Below, one piece after another: positions 41,789-50,757 of a stretch of DNA of 64,000 nucleotides. The stretch's first letter is position 1; the number at the start of each line of letters is the position of its first letter. Position numbers and translations under genes: made by a program. The notes beneath the pieces are model-generated. The model ran no database searches and was not told the DNA's origin. It saw only the letters and a list, made by a program, of their open reading frames with translations. Origin of the DNA: an uncultured Pseudomonadales bacterium (lineage in GTDB: Bacteria > Patescibacteriota > Microgenomatia > UBA1400 > PJMF01); NCBI GenBank assembly GCA_964412775.1, contig CAYPPX010000002.1, forward strand, positions 78,152 through 142,151. Direction: 5' to 3'.

Positions 41789-42192
41789 AAAAAAAACATT
41801 TATCTTCTTTAGCAGGTTTCTCAATGATTGAGTTATTGGTAGTAGCGACAATCATGATTATCTTAACAACGATTGCTTTAGTGAGTTATCGTCAAGCCAC
41901 CATTAATACCAGAAATGCCAAGAGAAAATCAGACCTACAAGCAGTAAAACAACAATTGGTGTTGTATCGAAGCGATAATGGTTGTTATCCAGCTTCTGCT
42001 TCTTATTTAGCCATGTTGGCCACAATTAGTGCTTACACTACTGATATTCCTTATGATCCACTGGGGACTGAAGCTAATCCAATTTATACTTACACTCCAT
42101 CTGGAACCTGTAACTCAACTGAAGCTTCAGGTTTTACGTTGGAAGCAATTTTAGAACCAGACGATACTCCTTATACGGTACAGAACCCATAA
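41785..42192 (+). CDS. Prepilin-type minor pilin/pseudopilin
   Basis: MKKKHLSSLAG/FSMIELLVVATIMII. The start ATG overlaps the upstream TGA (ATGA). Confidence 0.7.
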   Translation: MKKKHLSSLAGFSMIELLVVATIMIILTTIALVSYRQATINTRNAKRKSDLQAVKQQLVLYRSDNGCYPASASYLAMLATISAYTTDIPYDPLGTEANPIYTYTPSGTCNSTEASGFTLEAILEPDDTPYTVQNP

Positions 42193-42194
42193 AA

Positions 42195-42689
42195 ATGAAG
42201 ATTAATCATAAACAACTGCTCGGTTTTTCTTTGATTGAGTTGTTAGTTGCTGTGACAGTGATGATGATTTTACTGAGTGGAGCCTTGGCTTTTTTCTTGG
42301 ATTATTTGGATAAAAGAGCAGTTAATAACTCGGTTGATGAAATTAAAACCTACTTTCAACGGGCTTTGTCCGATGCTAAATCTGGTAGTTTAGGTGGTTG
42401 TGATCAACTAAATGGTTACAGAGTGACTTCTACTCAAGCTGGTAATATTGTGACTGTTACTCTCCAAGCTGATTGTACAGTTGGTACTCCTAATCCAGCT
42501 GTTACCTTTGACTTAGCTCCCAATGTTAGTGTTACTCCTGATTTGAATATGATTTTTAAAGTGCTTAATGCTGGGGTTGAGTTACCGGGTGGAGTTGCTA
42601 GCCAAGATATCACCGTGGCTAATGATAATAATGTTTATGTTTTTACCATTTATCGAGAAGGTAGATTTAGTTCTGGGAGTTGGCAATGA
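42195..42689 (+). CDS. Prepilin-type minor pilin/pseudopilin
   Basis: KQLLG/FSLIELLVAVTVMMILL. Confidence 0.7.
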   Translation: MKINHKQLLGFSLIELLVAVTVMMILLSGALAFFLDYLDKRAVNNSVDEIKTYFQRALSDAKSGSLGGCDQLNGYRVTSTQAGNIVTVTLQADCTVGTPNPAVTFDLAPNVSVTPDLNMIFKVLNAGVELPGGVASQDITVANDNNVYVFTIYREGRFSSGSWQ

Positions 42690-43174
42690 ACTTAAAGAAA
42701 CTCAACAAAAGTAATAGTCAAAGTGGCTCAAGTTTGATCGAGATCATTGTGGCTACTGGCGTAATGGCTTTGGTGTTGACTAGTATTATTGCTGGTTTGA
42801 CTTTATCGCTAAAAACAAATGCAGAGTCTGAATATCGGTCTCAGGCTGTTAAAAGAGCTCAAGAAGCAATGGAGGTTTTTCGTCGAGAAAGGACTTTATT
42901 GGGTTGGGAGGATTTTACTAATGCTTTGAGAAATGATCCTGTTTATTGTTTTCAAAACTTACCTGAACCTTATGGCGCTTTTACAGCTGGAGCCTGTGGG
43001 ACTGACGAAACAATTGTGATCTCAGGTCAAGAATTTACCCGTGAAGCAGAAGTCACAGTTGATGAAACAGACCCCAACGACCCTCAAGTGAGAGTCAAGA
43101 TCATTATGTCTTGGACCACTAACGATAATGTCAAAGACGTTGAAATCATTCAAGTTTTCCGTCGTTGGGACTAG
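42686..43174 (+). CDS. Prepilin-type minor pilin/pseudopilin
   Basis: NSQSG/SSLIEIIVATGVMALVL with Glu at +5; ATGA overlap with the upstream gene. Confidence 0.65.
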   Translation: MNLKKLNKSNSQSGSSLIEIIVATGVMALVLTSIIAGLTLSLKTNAESEYRSQAVKRAQEAMEVFRRERTLLGWEDFTNALRNDPVYCFQNLPEPYGAFTAGACGTDETIVISGQEFTREAEVTVDETDPNDPQVRVKIIMSWTTNDNVKDVEIIQVFRRWD

Positions 43175-43731
43175 TTATTTCTAAGAGTAATTCCGGTTTG
43201 AAAATGTTCCACAGCTGTCTCTTTATCACTACTAGCTCCGGAACCGATTTTGAGGTCAAAGGAAACGTTTACATAGTAAGCATTTTCTTCCCCTGACAAA
43301 CAAATAAACTCCAAATTTGAGAGCTCTGTTTCATCTGAAGTTAAGTAGTAGTAGTCGTTGATAGCAGTTGAGTAAGAGGCGATTTGCCCGTCGGTAAGTG
43401 GATAGGTTTGTAGAGTGGTAACATAGCCATCTAAACCTTGAATAGCGATGTCAGTCATTGGATTGTCATTATCGTTATTACAAATAGTTGCCCCATCTAG
43501 ACCTGGGACTAGTTTCTGGGAGTTTCTGAGAATAAACTCAATTTTATTAAGGGCTTCTTCTCCTTCGGCATGAACTTTTTGTTTGATGTTAGATTTTCTT
43601 GAGGTAATAATAAAAGTTAGAAATAATGTAGTGACAGTCATCATTACCATCACTGATAGACCAGCCACAATTAACAGCTCTAGCAAAGAAAAGCCTCGGT
43701 TGGTATTATTTTTGGTTGTCATTAATCTCAT
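43171..43731 (-). CDS. Prepilin-type pilin-like protein on the opposite strand; last gene of the minus-strand operon
   Basis: NTNRG/FSLLELLIVAGLSVMVMMTV. Its stop overlaps the plus-strand gene stop in a ctag palindrome. Confidence 0.7.
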   Translation of the reverse strand: MRLMTTKNNTNRGFSLLELLIVAGLSVMVMMTVTTLFLTFIITSRKSNIKQKVHAEGEEALNKIEFILRNSQKLVPGLDGATICNNDNDNPMTDIAIQGLDGYVTTLQTYPLTDGQIASYSTAINDYYYLTSDETELSNLEFICLSGEENAYYVNVSFDLKIGSGASSDKETAVEHFQTGITLRNN

Positions 43732-45056
43732 TGTATATTTTTAGGCTGAATTTCTCTAAGGTAAAAATGGGCTGATTTAATTTCTTTAGGAGCTTTGACA
43801 ATAAAATCTGGTCGGAAAATAAAAACTTCAGCCGGGCTTTGATTGTTAAGTGAATTATCTCCTGGTACAGCAAAGCTTCTGTTTAACTTTATGCCACTCC
43901 AACCAACAAAGGTGCCAGCGCCAATAAATTTTTTATCTTGAACATCAGGGGTACCTTTGATTTCAATAATTCCATCAGCCATAAAGATACCTTCAACCAA
44001 AGCGATGTTTGGATTATGTGGATTAGTGAAGATATCGTTATAACCAATATTTTCAGAGATGTAGATATTACCTTTGACAAAAAAAGCTAAAAATCCTAGT
44101 CCTCCCTCTTCTACCGTAATAATTCTTTGTTCACTAGCACTAGTGTCATCAAGGTATAAGTCGCCATCAACAAAGATAATTAGTTGTTCAGTATTATTGA
44201 GATGCCATTGATTGAGTTCATTGATGGTTAAATCACCACTGGTTAGGTAGATACCTGGGTTTTGACTAGGGACCGGTTGTTGTGAACTTGGGAGTGGAAC
44301 AGCCAAGCTTTGCATTTTTTTGTAAAAGAAGGCATATTTTTCTTCTGGTAATTCAGTATTAATGGCTGATGCTTGGATGGCGGTGGTTCGACTATCAGCG
44401 GTATGCAGAAAAATTGAGTCTGGGTTTTGGTAAGTAAGAATAGACCCATTGGTAGTGAAAGCAAAACCTGGGGTTTCTAGTTCAAAATTAGGGCTAGTAT
44501 CAATTAAGGCAGGCACACAACCAGGAGTAGAATTGCAATATCCAGGCAGTTCTGAGTTGGGTACCAGACTTTGAATATTTTGTTTAGAAAAAATATTTCC
44601 CCCTAGAATTTGCCACCAAGCGTTGTTATTAGCATTGGCTTTTTTGATAAAAAAATTTAGAGATTCTAAAGTGGTTGGATCTTGATTAGTATAAACACAC
44701 TGGTATGGGTCTAACGGATTAGCATTGCAAGCACATTGCCAGGCATTACTTGGATCGGGGGGTGGATATGGCAAGTCTAGGGTAACAGTATAGTCTGAAT
44801 TGTTGGTACCAGTAGTAATGTTATAAGTGGCTCCCATGAAGTAACCATTATCTACCTCACCCAATCTACTAGATTTAATTTTAAAGCCCGCACCAGAAAC
44901 TTCAGTTGCCAAACTACCATCACATTTATTATCTGAACCACCCAAGCCAACTGGTACAGCATTAGAATCTTCATAAAGTTGGCCAGCAAAGGTACCAGCG
45001 TTGACTACAGAAAACGAGCTGAAAAAGAAAATCAGAAGAAGGCTGAGCTTTAACAT
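43728..45056 (-). CDS. Secreted protein, paralog A of a tandem pair (possible pilus-associated adhesin or tip protein)
   Basis: Signal peptide; collinear with the 45063..46904 product, for example DLPYPPPDPSNAWQCACNANPLDPYQCVYTNQ and the C-terminal KKFIGAGTFVGWSG...FIFRPDFIVKAPK. Confidence 0.6.
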   Translation of the reverse strand: MLKLSLLLIFFFSSFSVVNAGTFAGQLYEDSNAVPVGLGGSDNKCDGSLATEVSGAGFKIKSSRLGEVDNGYFMGATYNITTGTNNSDYTVTLDLPYPPPDPSNAWQCACNANPLDPYQCVYTNQDPTTLESLNFFIKKANANNNAWWQILGGNIFSKQNIQSLVPNSELPGYCNSTPGCVPALIDTSPNFELETPGFAFTTNGSILTYQNPDSIFLHTADSRTTAIQASAINTELPEEKYAFFYKKMQSLAVPLPSSQQPVPSQNPGIYLTSGDLTINELNQWHLNNTEQLIIFVDGDLYLDDTSASEQRIITVEEGGLGFLAFFVKGNIYISENIGYNDIFTNPHNPNIALVEGIFMADGIIEIKGTPDVQDKKFIGAGTFVGWSGIKLNRSFAVPGDNSLNNQSPAEVFIFRPDFIVKAPKEIKSAHFYLREIQPKNIQ

Positions 45057-45062
45057 AGGCTA

Positions 45063-46904
45063 CTAGAAACTTGGTTCTATTTCTCTCCAAGTCATCTGGG
45101 CAGATTTTACTGCTTTAGGAGCATTAACGATAAAATCTGGGCGGAAGATAAAGGTTTCAGTGGCAGCACCATCATTAAGCGTTGGGTTTGCCCCATCATC
45201 AAAATTACGGCCAAGCACGACTCCACTCCAACCGACAAAAGTGCCAGCGCCGATAAATTTTCTATCAGTAGTATTAGCGATACCAGCAATAGTTAGCACG
45301 CCATCAGTGACAAAAACTCCATCAACATTACTGATATCTGCTTGAGTAGCATCCGTATAGATGTCAGCATAACCAACATTAGCAGTGATGGTAATATCAC
45401 CACTAACCACAAACATCAAGAAAGCATCACCATCTGTTGGAACAGTAATTAGTCTATTTTCACCAGCCACAGTATCATCAATAGTTAAGTCACCATCAAC
45501 AAAAACCACAATTTTTTCAGTATTGAGTAAATTCCAAGGGCTGTTTTCATCGATTGTTAAGTTACCAGCATATTGGAAAACTTCTAGCTCAGTACCAACA
45601 ATTGGCTTATCTGAACTAGCTAAAACTTGAGCTTGGTTACTGAGTTTTTCGTAGAAATAGTCATAATTTTCAACAGGGACAGTTACACCAGTTGCTTGTC
45701 CTTGAGCTGAGGTAGTTCTATCACCAGATTCGTGAATGTAATTATCTCCGGTTGTACTGGTAATGACAGTACCACTTTGGGTCAGTGGGAAACCGGCACT
45801 ATCTGAGTTACCAGCTGGATCACTAGCAATTAAGGCAGGTTGGCAAGTGGGAGGTGTACAAGTGGCATTAGGAATCAGTGATTCAATGTTATTAGCTGCC
45901 CAGGAGCTACCACCTAGAGTTTGGAACCAGGCATTGTCAGCGACATTGGCTCTCTTCAAGAAAAAGTTAAAGTTAGTAGAGTTTGAGGGTGTCTGGTTGG
46001 TGTAAAGACAACGGTACGGATCACCTGGATCAGCATTACAAGCACATTGCCAAGCATTGTCTGGATCAGGCGGTGGGAATGGGAGTTGTAAAGCCAGTGT
46101 ATAGTCAGAGTTGGAGGTATTAGCAGTAATGGTGTATTGATGTAAAGCTGGATAGCCAATAGTGCCAGCTGTTGATTCACCACTAGTTCTAGAAGCAGTA
46201 ACGGTTGTTCCCGGCATGTCCAGACTAACAAAAACTGGCGTGCCAGTTGATCCAGTACATAAGTTATCAGTGCCACCCAGTCCAGTAGCAACAGCACTCG
46301 CGTCTTCATAAAAATAGCCAGAGAAAGTTACTGGTCCAGCAGTAGGAGTGGGGCTAGGTGGGATAGGAGTGGCAGTTGCTCCTGGAGGAGTTGTGGGGTC
46401 TGGATCAGCTGGAGGAGAAGTGGGGGCTGGAGCGTCACAACAATTAACGGTGACGTTATTAATGAAACAAGACTCCCCGTTATTTACCGTTTGACATCTT
46501 TGGTTGCCAATACATCCGGATCCACCACCACCAGCAAAACATACCCCATTCCAACCATTCGCACCCCCATTCATTCCACATCCTGGATTATTAGATTCAG
46601 TACAATATGGATCGAATGCATCACATGGGGGATCACATTCATCAGGGCATGGCACTGTATTGTTAACACAAGTTGGATCGTATTCACAAATTAAAGTTGG
46701 TCCAGAATTAGAAAAACATGATGCATACTGTAGAACTGTATTTCCTGGGCATCCACTTGGACAGCTTTCGCTAGAGCAGGCACATTGTGCATTTGCATCA
46801 CTAATTAGTAAATTAAACTTTGATGGTAAAAATCCCAGATATAAAAAAGCAATAAAAGCAAATATATAAAAATATCTTTTAATTTTTGATTTATTGTTTT
46901 TCAT
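45063..46904 (-). CDS. Secreted protein, paralog B. It carries an extra N-terminal Cys-rich module and a Pro/Thr linker.
   Basis: Signal peptide, then about 26 Cys in about 120 aa, then the PT-rich linker PAPTSPPADPDPTTPPGATATPIPPSPTPT, then the domain shared with paralog A. Confidence 0.6.
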   Translation of the reverse strand: MKNNKSKIKRYFYIFAFIAFLYLGFLPSKFNLLISDANAQCACSSESCPSGCPGNTVLQYASCFSNSGPTLICEYDPTCVNNTVPCPDECDPPCDAFDPYCTESNNPGCGMNGGANGWNGVCFAGGGGSGCIGNQRCQTVNNGESCFINNVTVNCCDAPAPTSPPADPDPTTPPGATATPIPPSPTPTAGPVTFSGYFYEDASAVATGLGGTDNLCTGSTGTPVFVSLDMPGTTVTASRTSGESTAGTIGYPALHQYTITANTSNSDYTLALQLPFPPPDPDNAWQCACNADPGDPYRCLYTNQTPSNSTNFNFFLKRANVADNAWFQTLGGSSWAANNIESLIPNATCTPPTCQPALIASDPAGNSDSAGFPLTQSGTVITSTTGDNYIHESGDRTTSAQGQATGVTVPVENYDYFYEKLSNQAQVLASSDKPIVGTELEVFQYAGNLTIDENSPWNLLNTEKIVVFVDGDLTIDDTVAGENRLITVPTDGDAFLMFVVSGDITITANVGYADIYTDATQADISNVDGVFVTDGVLTIAGIANTTDRKFIGAGTFVGWSGVVLGRNFDDGANPTLNDGAATETFIFRPDFIVNAPKAVKSAQMTWREIEPSF

Positions 46905-46913
46905 TGTTACTTT

Positions 46914-47570
46914 TTAGCACCCAGTTAAAACTAGTTTTTTTATAAAGTTAGTTTTTTCAAAATTGTATTCAGCATCTAGTTGTAGAATAACGTAGTTATT
47001 TTCTTGCCAAAAAACACTTAATTGGTCGATTGGAATGGATTTTTCTTTGGGGTTGTAGATCAGGGCAGTAGGCGAAGAAATACCGATTTCTACAGTGGTA
47101 ATATCTACAGGGCCAGTTTCTCCATCCAAGGTGGCTGGCCAACAATAAAACTCTTTCAGTTTACTGGAGTCAAAGCTTAATAGTTGTAGGGTTTGGGCTT
47201 TTAGAAATTGGTTTTTAATTTTTAGTTCATGCTTTGATTCGTCTAGTGAATCAGCATAACCTTTCAGAACTAGACCAAAGGAAGTAAAACTATCACCAAA
47301 ATCAAGATCGGTAATTACTGTTTCAACTGGTTGGTTACTGGTTTCTTGAGTTTTTTTAGTATTTTGGTCAAGTTCATAAAAAGTTGTTGCTGGTCGCTCT
47401 TTTATTTCTTCAGGTTTATTTTTATTTAAATTTGGCCTGATGAAAAAGAACAAATAAACCACCAAAACAACAATAAAACCAATTAGAGTTACTAAAAAGA
47501 AAACTAGTTCTTTATTATTAGTTGAATTTTTTGACTGGTTAGGCAGATAACTATTCTCCACACCAACCAT
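46914..47570 (-). CDS. Hypothetical membrane-anchored protein
   Basis: 218 aa with an N-proximal TM helix (LVFFLVTLIGFIVVLVVYLFFF). Confidence 0.45.
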   Translation of the reverse strand: MVGVENSYLPNQSKNSTNNKELVFFLVTLIGFIVVLVVYLFFFIRPNLNKNKPEEIKERPATTFYELDQNTKKTQETSNQPVETVITDLDFGDSFTSFGLVLKGYADSLDESKHELKIKNQFLKAQTLQLLSFDSSKLKEFYCWPATLDGETGPVDITTVEIGISSPTALIYNPKEKSIPIDQLSVFWQENNYVILQLDAEYNFEKTNFIKKLVLTGC

Positions 47571-47639
47571 TCTAACAATAAAACTAGACTAGTTGCAAGG
47601 TACTAATACCTGGTAATTTATAGTTTTTTTTGTAGTCCG

Positions 47640-49535
47640 TTATTCTGGCACTACTACAACTGATGGATATGCAACAATCATTCCCACACTTTCCAATATA
47701 TCCATTATTTCTTGTTCAGATTTAGCATTTAATATAGCTTCTAAAAGATTAATATCACCTATTGATGGACTATTTTCGTTAAAAACTTCTCCACCACCTA
47801 AGTTATGTGCTACTTGTGGGTGAATACTTTGAACAATAAACCCGAATCTATCTTCTCCATTTATACCAAAGCTATCTTGACCTTTGTTGTTATAAACAAA
47901 TTTTGCTGAAACGCTACCACTTTCATCATATTCTACTCTTATAAAACTTAAAGCATTTCCAGACATTAAGTTTACAAAGAACATAAAGTTACCAGATTCT
48001 GGGCTAAAAATTGGCACTAGAGCTTCATTTGTCGGGACCTGGATAGCGGTAAATTGAGCTTCTGGTAAATCATGTTGATATCCACCACCAGTAACAAATC
48101 CTTCAGCATAAACTGAGTTTTGTGGACCATAAAGTAAAACTGGAATGTATAGTGATTGTTTTCTTAATTCAGTAATGATTCTAGTTTTGTTTTGGTCACC
48201 AGATATGCCATCAGCTCCAAGTGAAATGTCTGTTATTGTGTCTGCAATACTACTTTGTGGAAGGTTGAATAATTCTCTATAAGAAATTGTTCCTCCAAAA
48301 GCTGGAATATTTGGATTAGCATAAACAGTTTGTTGACCAGTAATAGGATTAACTACAACTAATGAACCATCGGCGTTTTCATATCCAGGGATAACAAGAC
48401 TTGGTAGGGTTTCACCAGTTTTATCTAAGTTTGTGCTTTGATTCTCCGTTCTCCAAGCTCCTACAAAAGGGGTTTCATCTTTATCAACTGCTGTCGGATC
48501 CCAATAAAAATAGTATGTTTTACCATCACTTCCTTTGACTGGTATCCCAATTTCTCCTGAAAACCCATTGGCTCCTTCAACAAATTGTCTAGATAACTCA
48601 ATTTTTTGTTCGTTTGAAAGACTAAAATAGTCAGCTTCTGGAGGTTGTGGAGTAGCTACGACTTCTCCAGCTAGAGCGGCTGAACCAGCTATCCATTGAC
48701 CAGTAACAGAGTCAACATAAGCAACTACTCCGCCATTAATATCAAGAGCAACTGGTAATTGGTTAGCGCCAATTGCCAGTTCAACAGCAGTGCCACCGCA
48801 AACAGCATTGGCACCATCAAGTGAAATCGTGAGGGTTTCACCACTGTGGCCCTGAACGAAAGAAATAGTGAACATAGTTCCTTCTGGGTAACCACTGCCA
48901 CTAATCACTTCAACAATCACATTTTGTTGAGAAACATCAATTACTTCAATGCCGTTAGGCGCAACAATTCCCTGTTTAACTAAGTTTTCATCAATTAATT
49001 CCCAGGCTTTTTCAAGATATGGGTCAACTACTGCTTCATTACCTGTAAAACGACCATAATCAACATTGATATCATCAAGGGCGGTGGAAGTGGCTTCAAT
49101 GCTAGCGGTCGGGTCAGTATCAATTGTTTCAGCAGCAACTACAGTAGGTATACCAGTTGCTGGCACCTCTGTATTAGGTGCAGGCGCACAAGAAGCTACT
49201 AAAACGGCTAATAAAACTATTAATAGTAAAACTTTTGTCAGGATATTTTTTCTTGGTGCTTTGTCCGTTTTTTGTTTAATAGTTGCTTCACTTAGATCTC
49301 CAGCCGTTACGACTTGCTCAACTAAATCTAGTTCTTCAGGAGTCATGCCAGCTTCTAGAGCAGCAATTTCTTTTTGAACAGCCAAAATATTACCAGCAAA
49401 CTCAGCTAGTTCAGGGTCTAATTCTGCAATTTGTTCTGGAGAAAGCCCACCGTCGGTATCAAACATTAAGGCTTCGGCTGTGGCTTCAGGAGTTAAGCCA
49501 GCTTTTTTTAATTCGTCTAGTTTTTTTTCAGACAT
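47640..49535 (-). CDS. Large bitopic protein: acidic cytoplasmic N-terminus, one TM helix, about 500-aa extracellular domain; first gene of the minus-strand operon
   Basis: 631 aa; TM helix LTKVLLLIVLLAVLVASCA; repeated PE(Q/E)IAELDPELAEF-like acidic motifs at the N-terminus. Confidence 0.5.
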   Translation of the reverse strand: MSEKKLDELKKAGLTPEATAEALMFDTDGGLSPEQIAELDPELAEFAGNILAVQKEIAALEAGMTPEELDLVEQVVTAGDLSEATIKQKTDKAPRKNILTKVLLLIVLLAVLVASCAPAPNTEVPATGIPTVVAAETIDTDPTASIEATSTALDDINVDYGRFTGNEAVVDPYLEKAWELIDENLVKQGIVAPNGIEVIDVSQQNVIVEVISGSGYPEGTMFTISFVQGHSGETLTISLDGANAVCGGTAVELAIGANQLPVALDINGGVVAYVDSVTGQWIAGSAALAGEVVATPQPPEADYFSLSNEQKIELSRQFVEGANGFSGEIGIPVKGSDGKTYYFYWDPTAVDKDETPFVGAWRTENQSTNLDKTGETLPSLVIPGYENADGSLVVVNPITGQQTVYANPNIPAFGGTISYRELFNLPQSSIADTITDISLGADGISGDQNKTRIITELRKQSLYIPVLLYGPQNSVYAEGFVTGGGYQHDLPEAQFTAIQVPTNEALVPIFSPESGNFMFFVNLMSGNALSFIRVEYDESGSVSAKFVYNNKGQDSFGINGEDRFGFIVQSIHPQVAHNLGGGEVFNENSPSIGDINLLEAILNAKSEQEIMDILESVGMIVAYPSVVVVPE

Positions 49536-49840
49536 GGTTTTGTATTTTCTATCAATTTTTAACTATTACAAAACTTGATGTGGACCATTTAGATCCTTTT
49601 GCATCAAAGCCTAAAAAAGTATTGTAACTTATTTAACAATAATTTGCAAGTTATTTTTAATCACTAAATATAATAATATAGGATTAAATTTTTTTAAAAT
49701 TAACCTAGTAATAGCTTTTCTATTATTTTTTTTGATTATCCTTTTTAAATCACTATTTAGCAACTTGCTTTTTCCGGTACCAGAGTTTAAAATTATTCTT
49801 TCGACAGTAAGTTTGAAAAATTATATAGAAGAAAGAAATT

Positions 49841-50005
49841 ATGGGTGCTGTACCAAAAAATAAAATTACAAGAGTTGAGCGTGGCAAAAGACGAGCTGGA
49901 AACACTCCAAGCTTGAAAAAAGACGCCAAAGCAACCAAAACCCCACAACATAAAGAAGGGTTGATGGCTGGTTTTTTGAAGGCTATTTCTGGCGACAAGC
50001 AATAA
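49841..50005 (+). CDS. rpmF: 50S ribosomal protein L32 (54 aa; below the ORF-track length cutoff)
   Basis: Hand translation MGAVPKNKITRVERGKRRAGNTPSLKKD... aligns with the L32 N-terminus (AVxxNKxTRxxRGxRR). Confidence 0.55.
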   Translation: MGAVPKNKITRVERGKRRAGNTPSLKKDAKATKTPQHKEGLMAGFLKAISGDKQ

Positions 50006-50103
50006 ATAATTACTGCTTGCTTTTTAGAAAATTGTCCCCTACCCTAAACCGTATTAACACTCTCAGTGTAGAGAGTTTTTTGGGTTTTTAGAAAATTAAA
50101 AAT

Positions 50104-50499
50104 ATGTCAGATTCGGCAGAAAACCAAATTATTGATCCACGTCATGAAAAAAGAGCTCAGCTAATGCAAACAGTGTTTGCTTTAATGTTTTCTGGAGAAG
50201 AAGCTCAAGAACTAGCTGAACTTTTGCATTTGGAAGAAGCCAGAGAGGTTATCAATCAAGCTACTGACTTAGACCAACTGGTCAAAGAGCATGCTCCAGA
50301 GAGGCCTCTTAATGAAATTAACCAAGTTGATTTGGCAATTATGAGGGTAATTATTTTTGAATCAAAAACTAAAAATACCCCTAAAAAAGTTCTTATTGAC
50401 GAAGCGATTGAATTAGCTAAAGAATATGGTTCAGATAGTTCTCCGAAGTTTGTCAATGGAGTGCTAGGTAAGATTCTGATGGAGGAAACAAATGAATAA
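50104..50499 (+). CDS. nusB: NusB-family transcription antitermination protein
   Basis: C-terminal [12 protein letters not shown] matches the NusB signature (FVNGVLdk); 131 aa. Confidence 0.55.
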   Translation: MSDSAENQIIDPRHEKRAQLMQTVFALMFSGEEAQELAELLHLEEAREVINQATDLDQLVKEHAPERPLNEINQVDLAIMRVIIFESKTKNTPKKVLIDEAIELAKEYGSDSSPKFVNGVLGKILMEETNE

Positions 50500-50755
50500 A
50501 GAGATTTTTGATCAACTACAAGAACTTTTGGCTATGGCTACTGGCCATAGTAATGCTGAAATTTTGCCAATTTCTAATTTAGAGGCCGACTTAGGAATTA
50601 ACCTTGAAGAAGATTTCCCTAGACTTTTAGCGATGATTAACCGTGATTTTGAGATTGAACTTGATATGGAAACGGTTTTGGACGAACTTGAAGAAACTAA
50701 CTATACCGTTGAACAACTAGCAAAACTGGTTGAGGAAGAAGTCGAACTGGGTTAA
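50492..50755 (+). CDS. Acyl carrier protein-like small acidic protein lacking the conserved phosphopantetheine Ser
   Basis: Helix pattern ...[11 protein letters not shown]...FEIELD aligns with the ACP DLGADSLDTVEL...F..EI, but DSL is replaced by INL. It sits immediately upstream of rnc, as acpP does in Firmicutes. Confidence 0.4.
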   Translation: MNKEIFDQLQELLAMATGHSNAEILPISNLEADLGINLEEDFPRLLAMINRDFEIELDMETVLDELEETNYTVEQLAKLVEEEVELG

Positions 50756-50757
50756 AA

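Noticed and set aside
49753-50002. Two minus-strand ORFs of 81 and 69 aa
   Set aside because: Antisense to the rpmF (L32) gene identified on the plus strand. Their translations are low-complexity hydrophobic strings.
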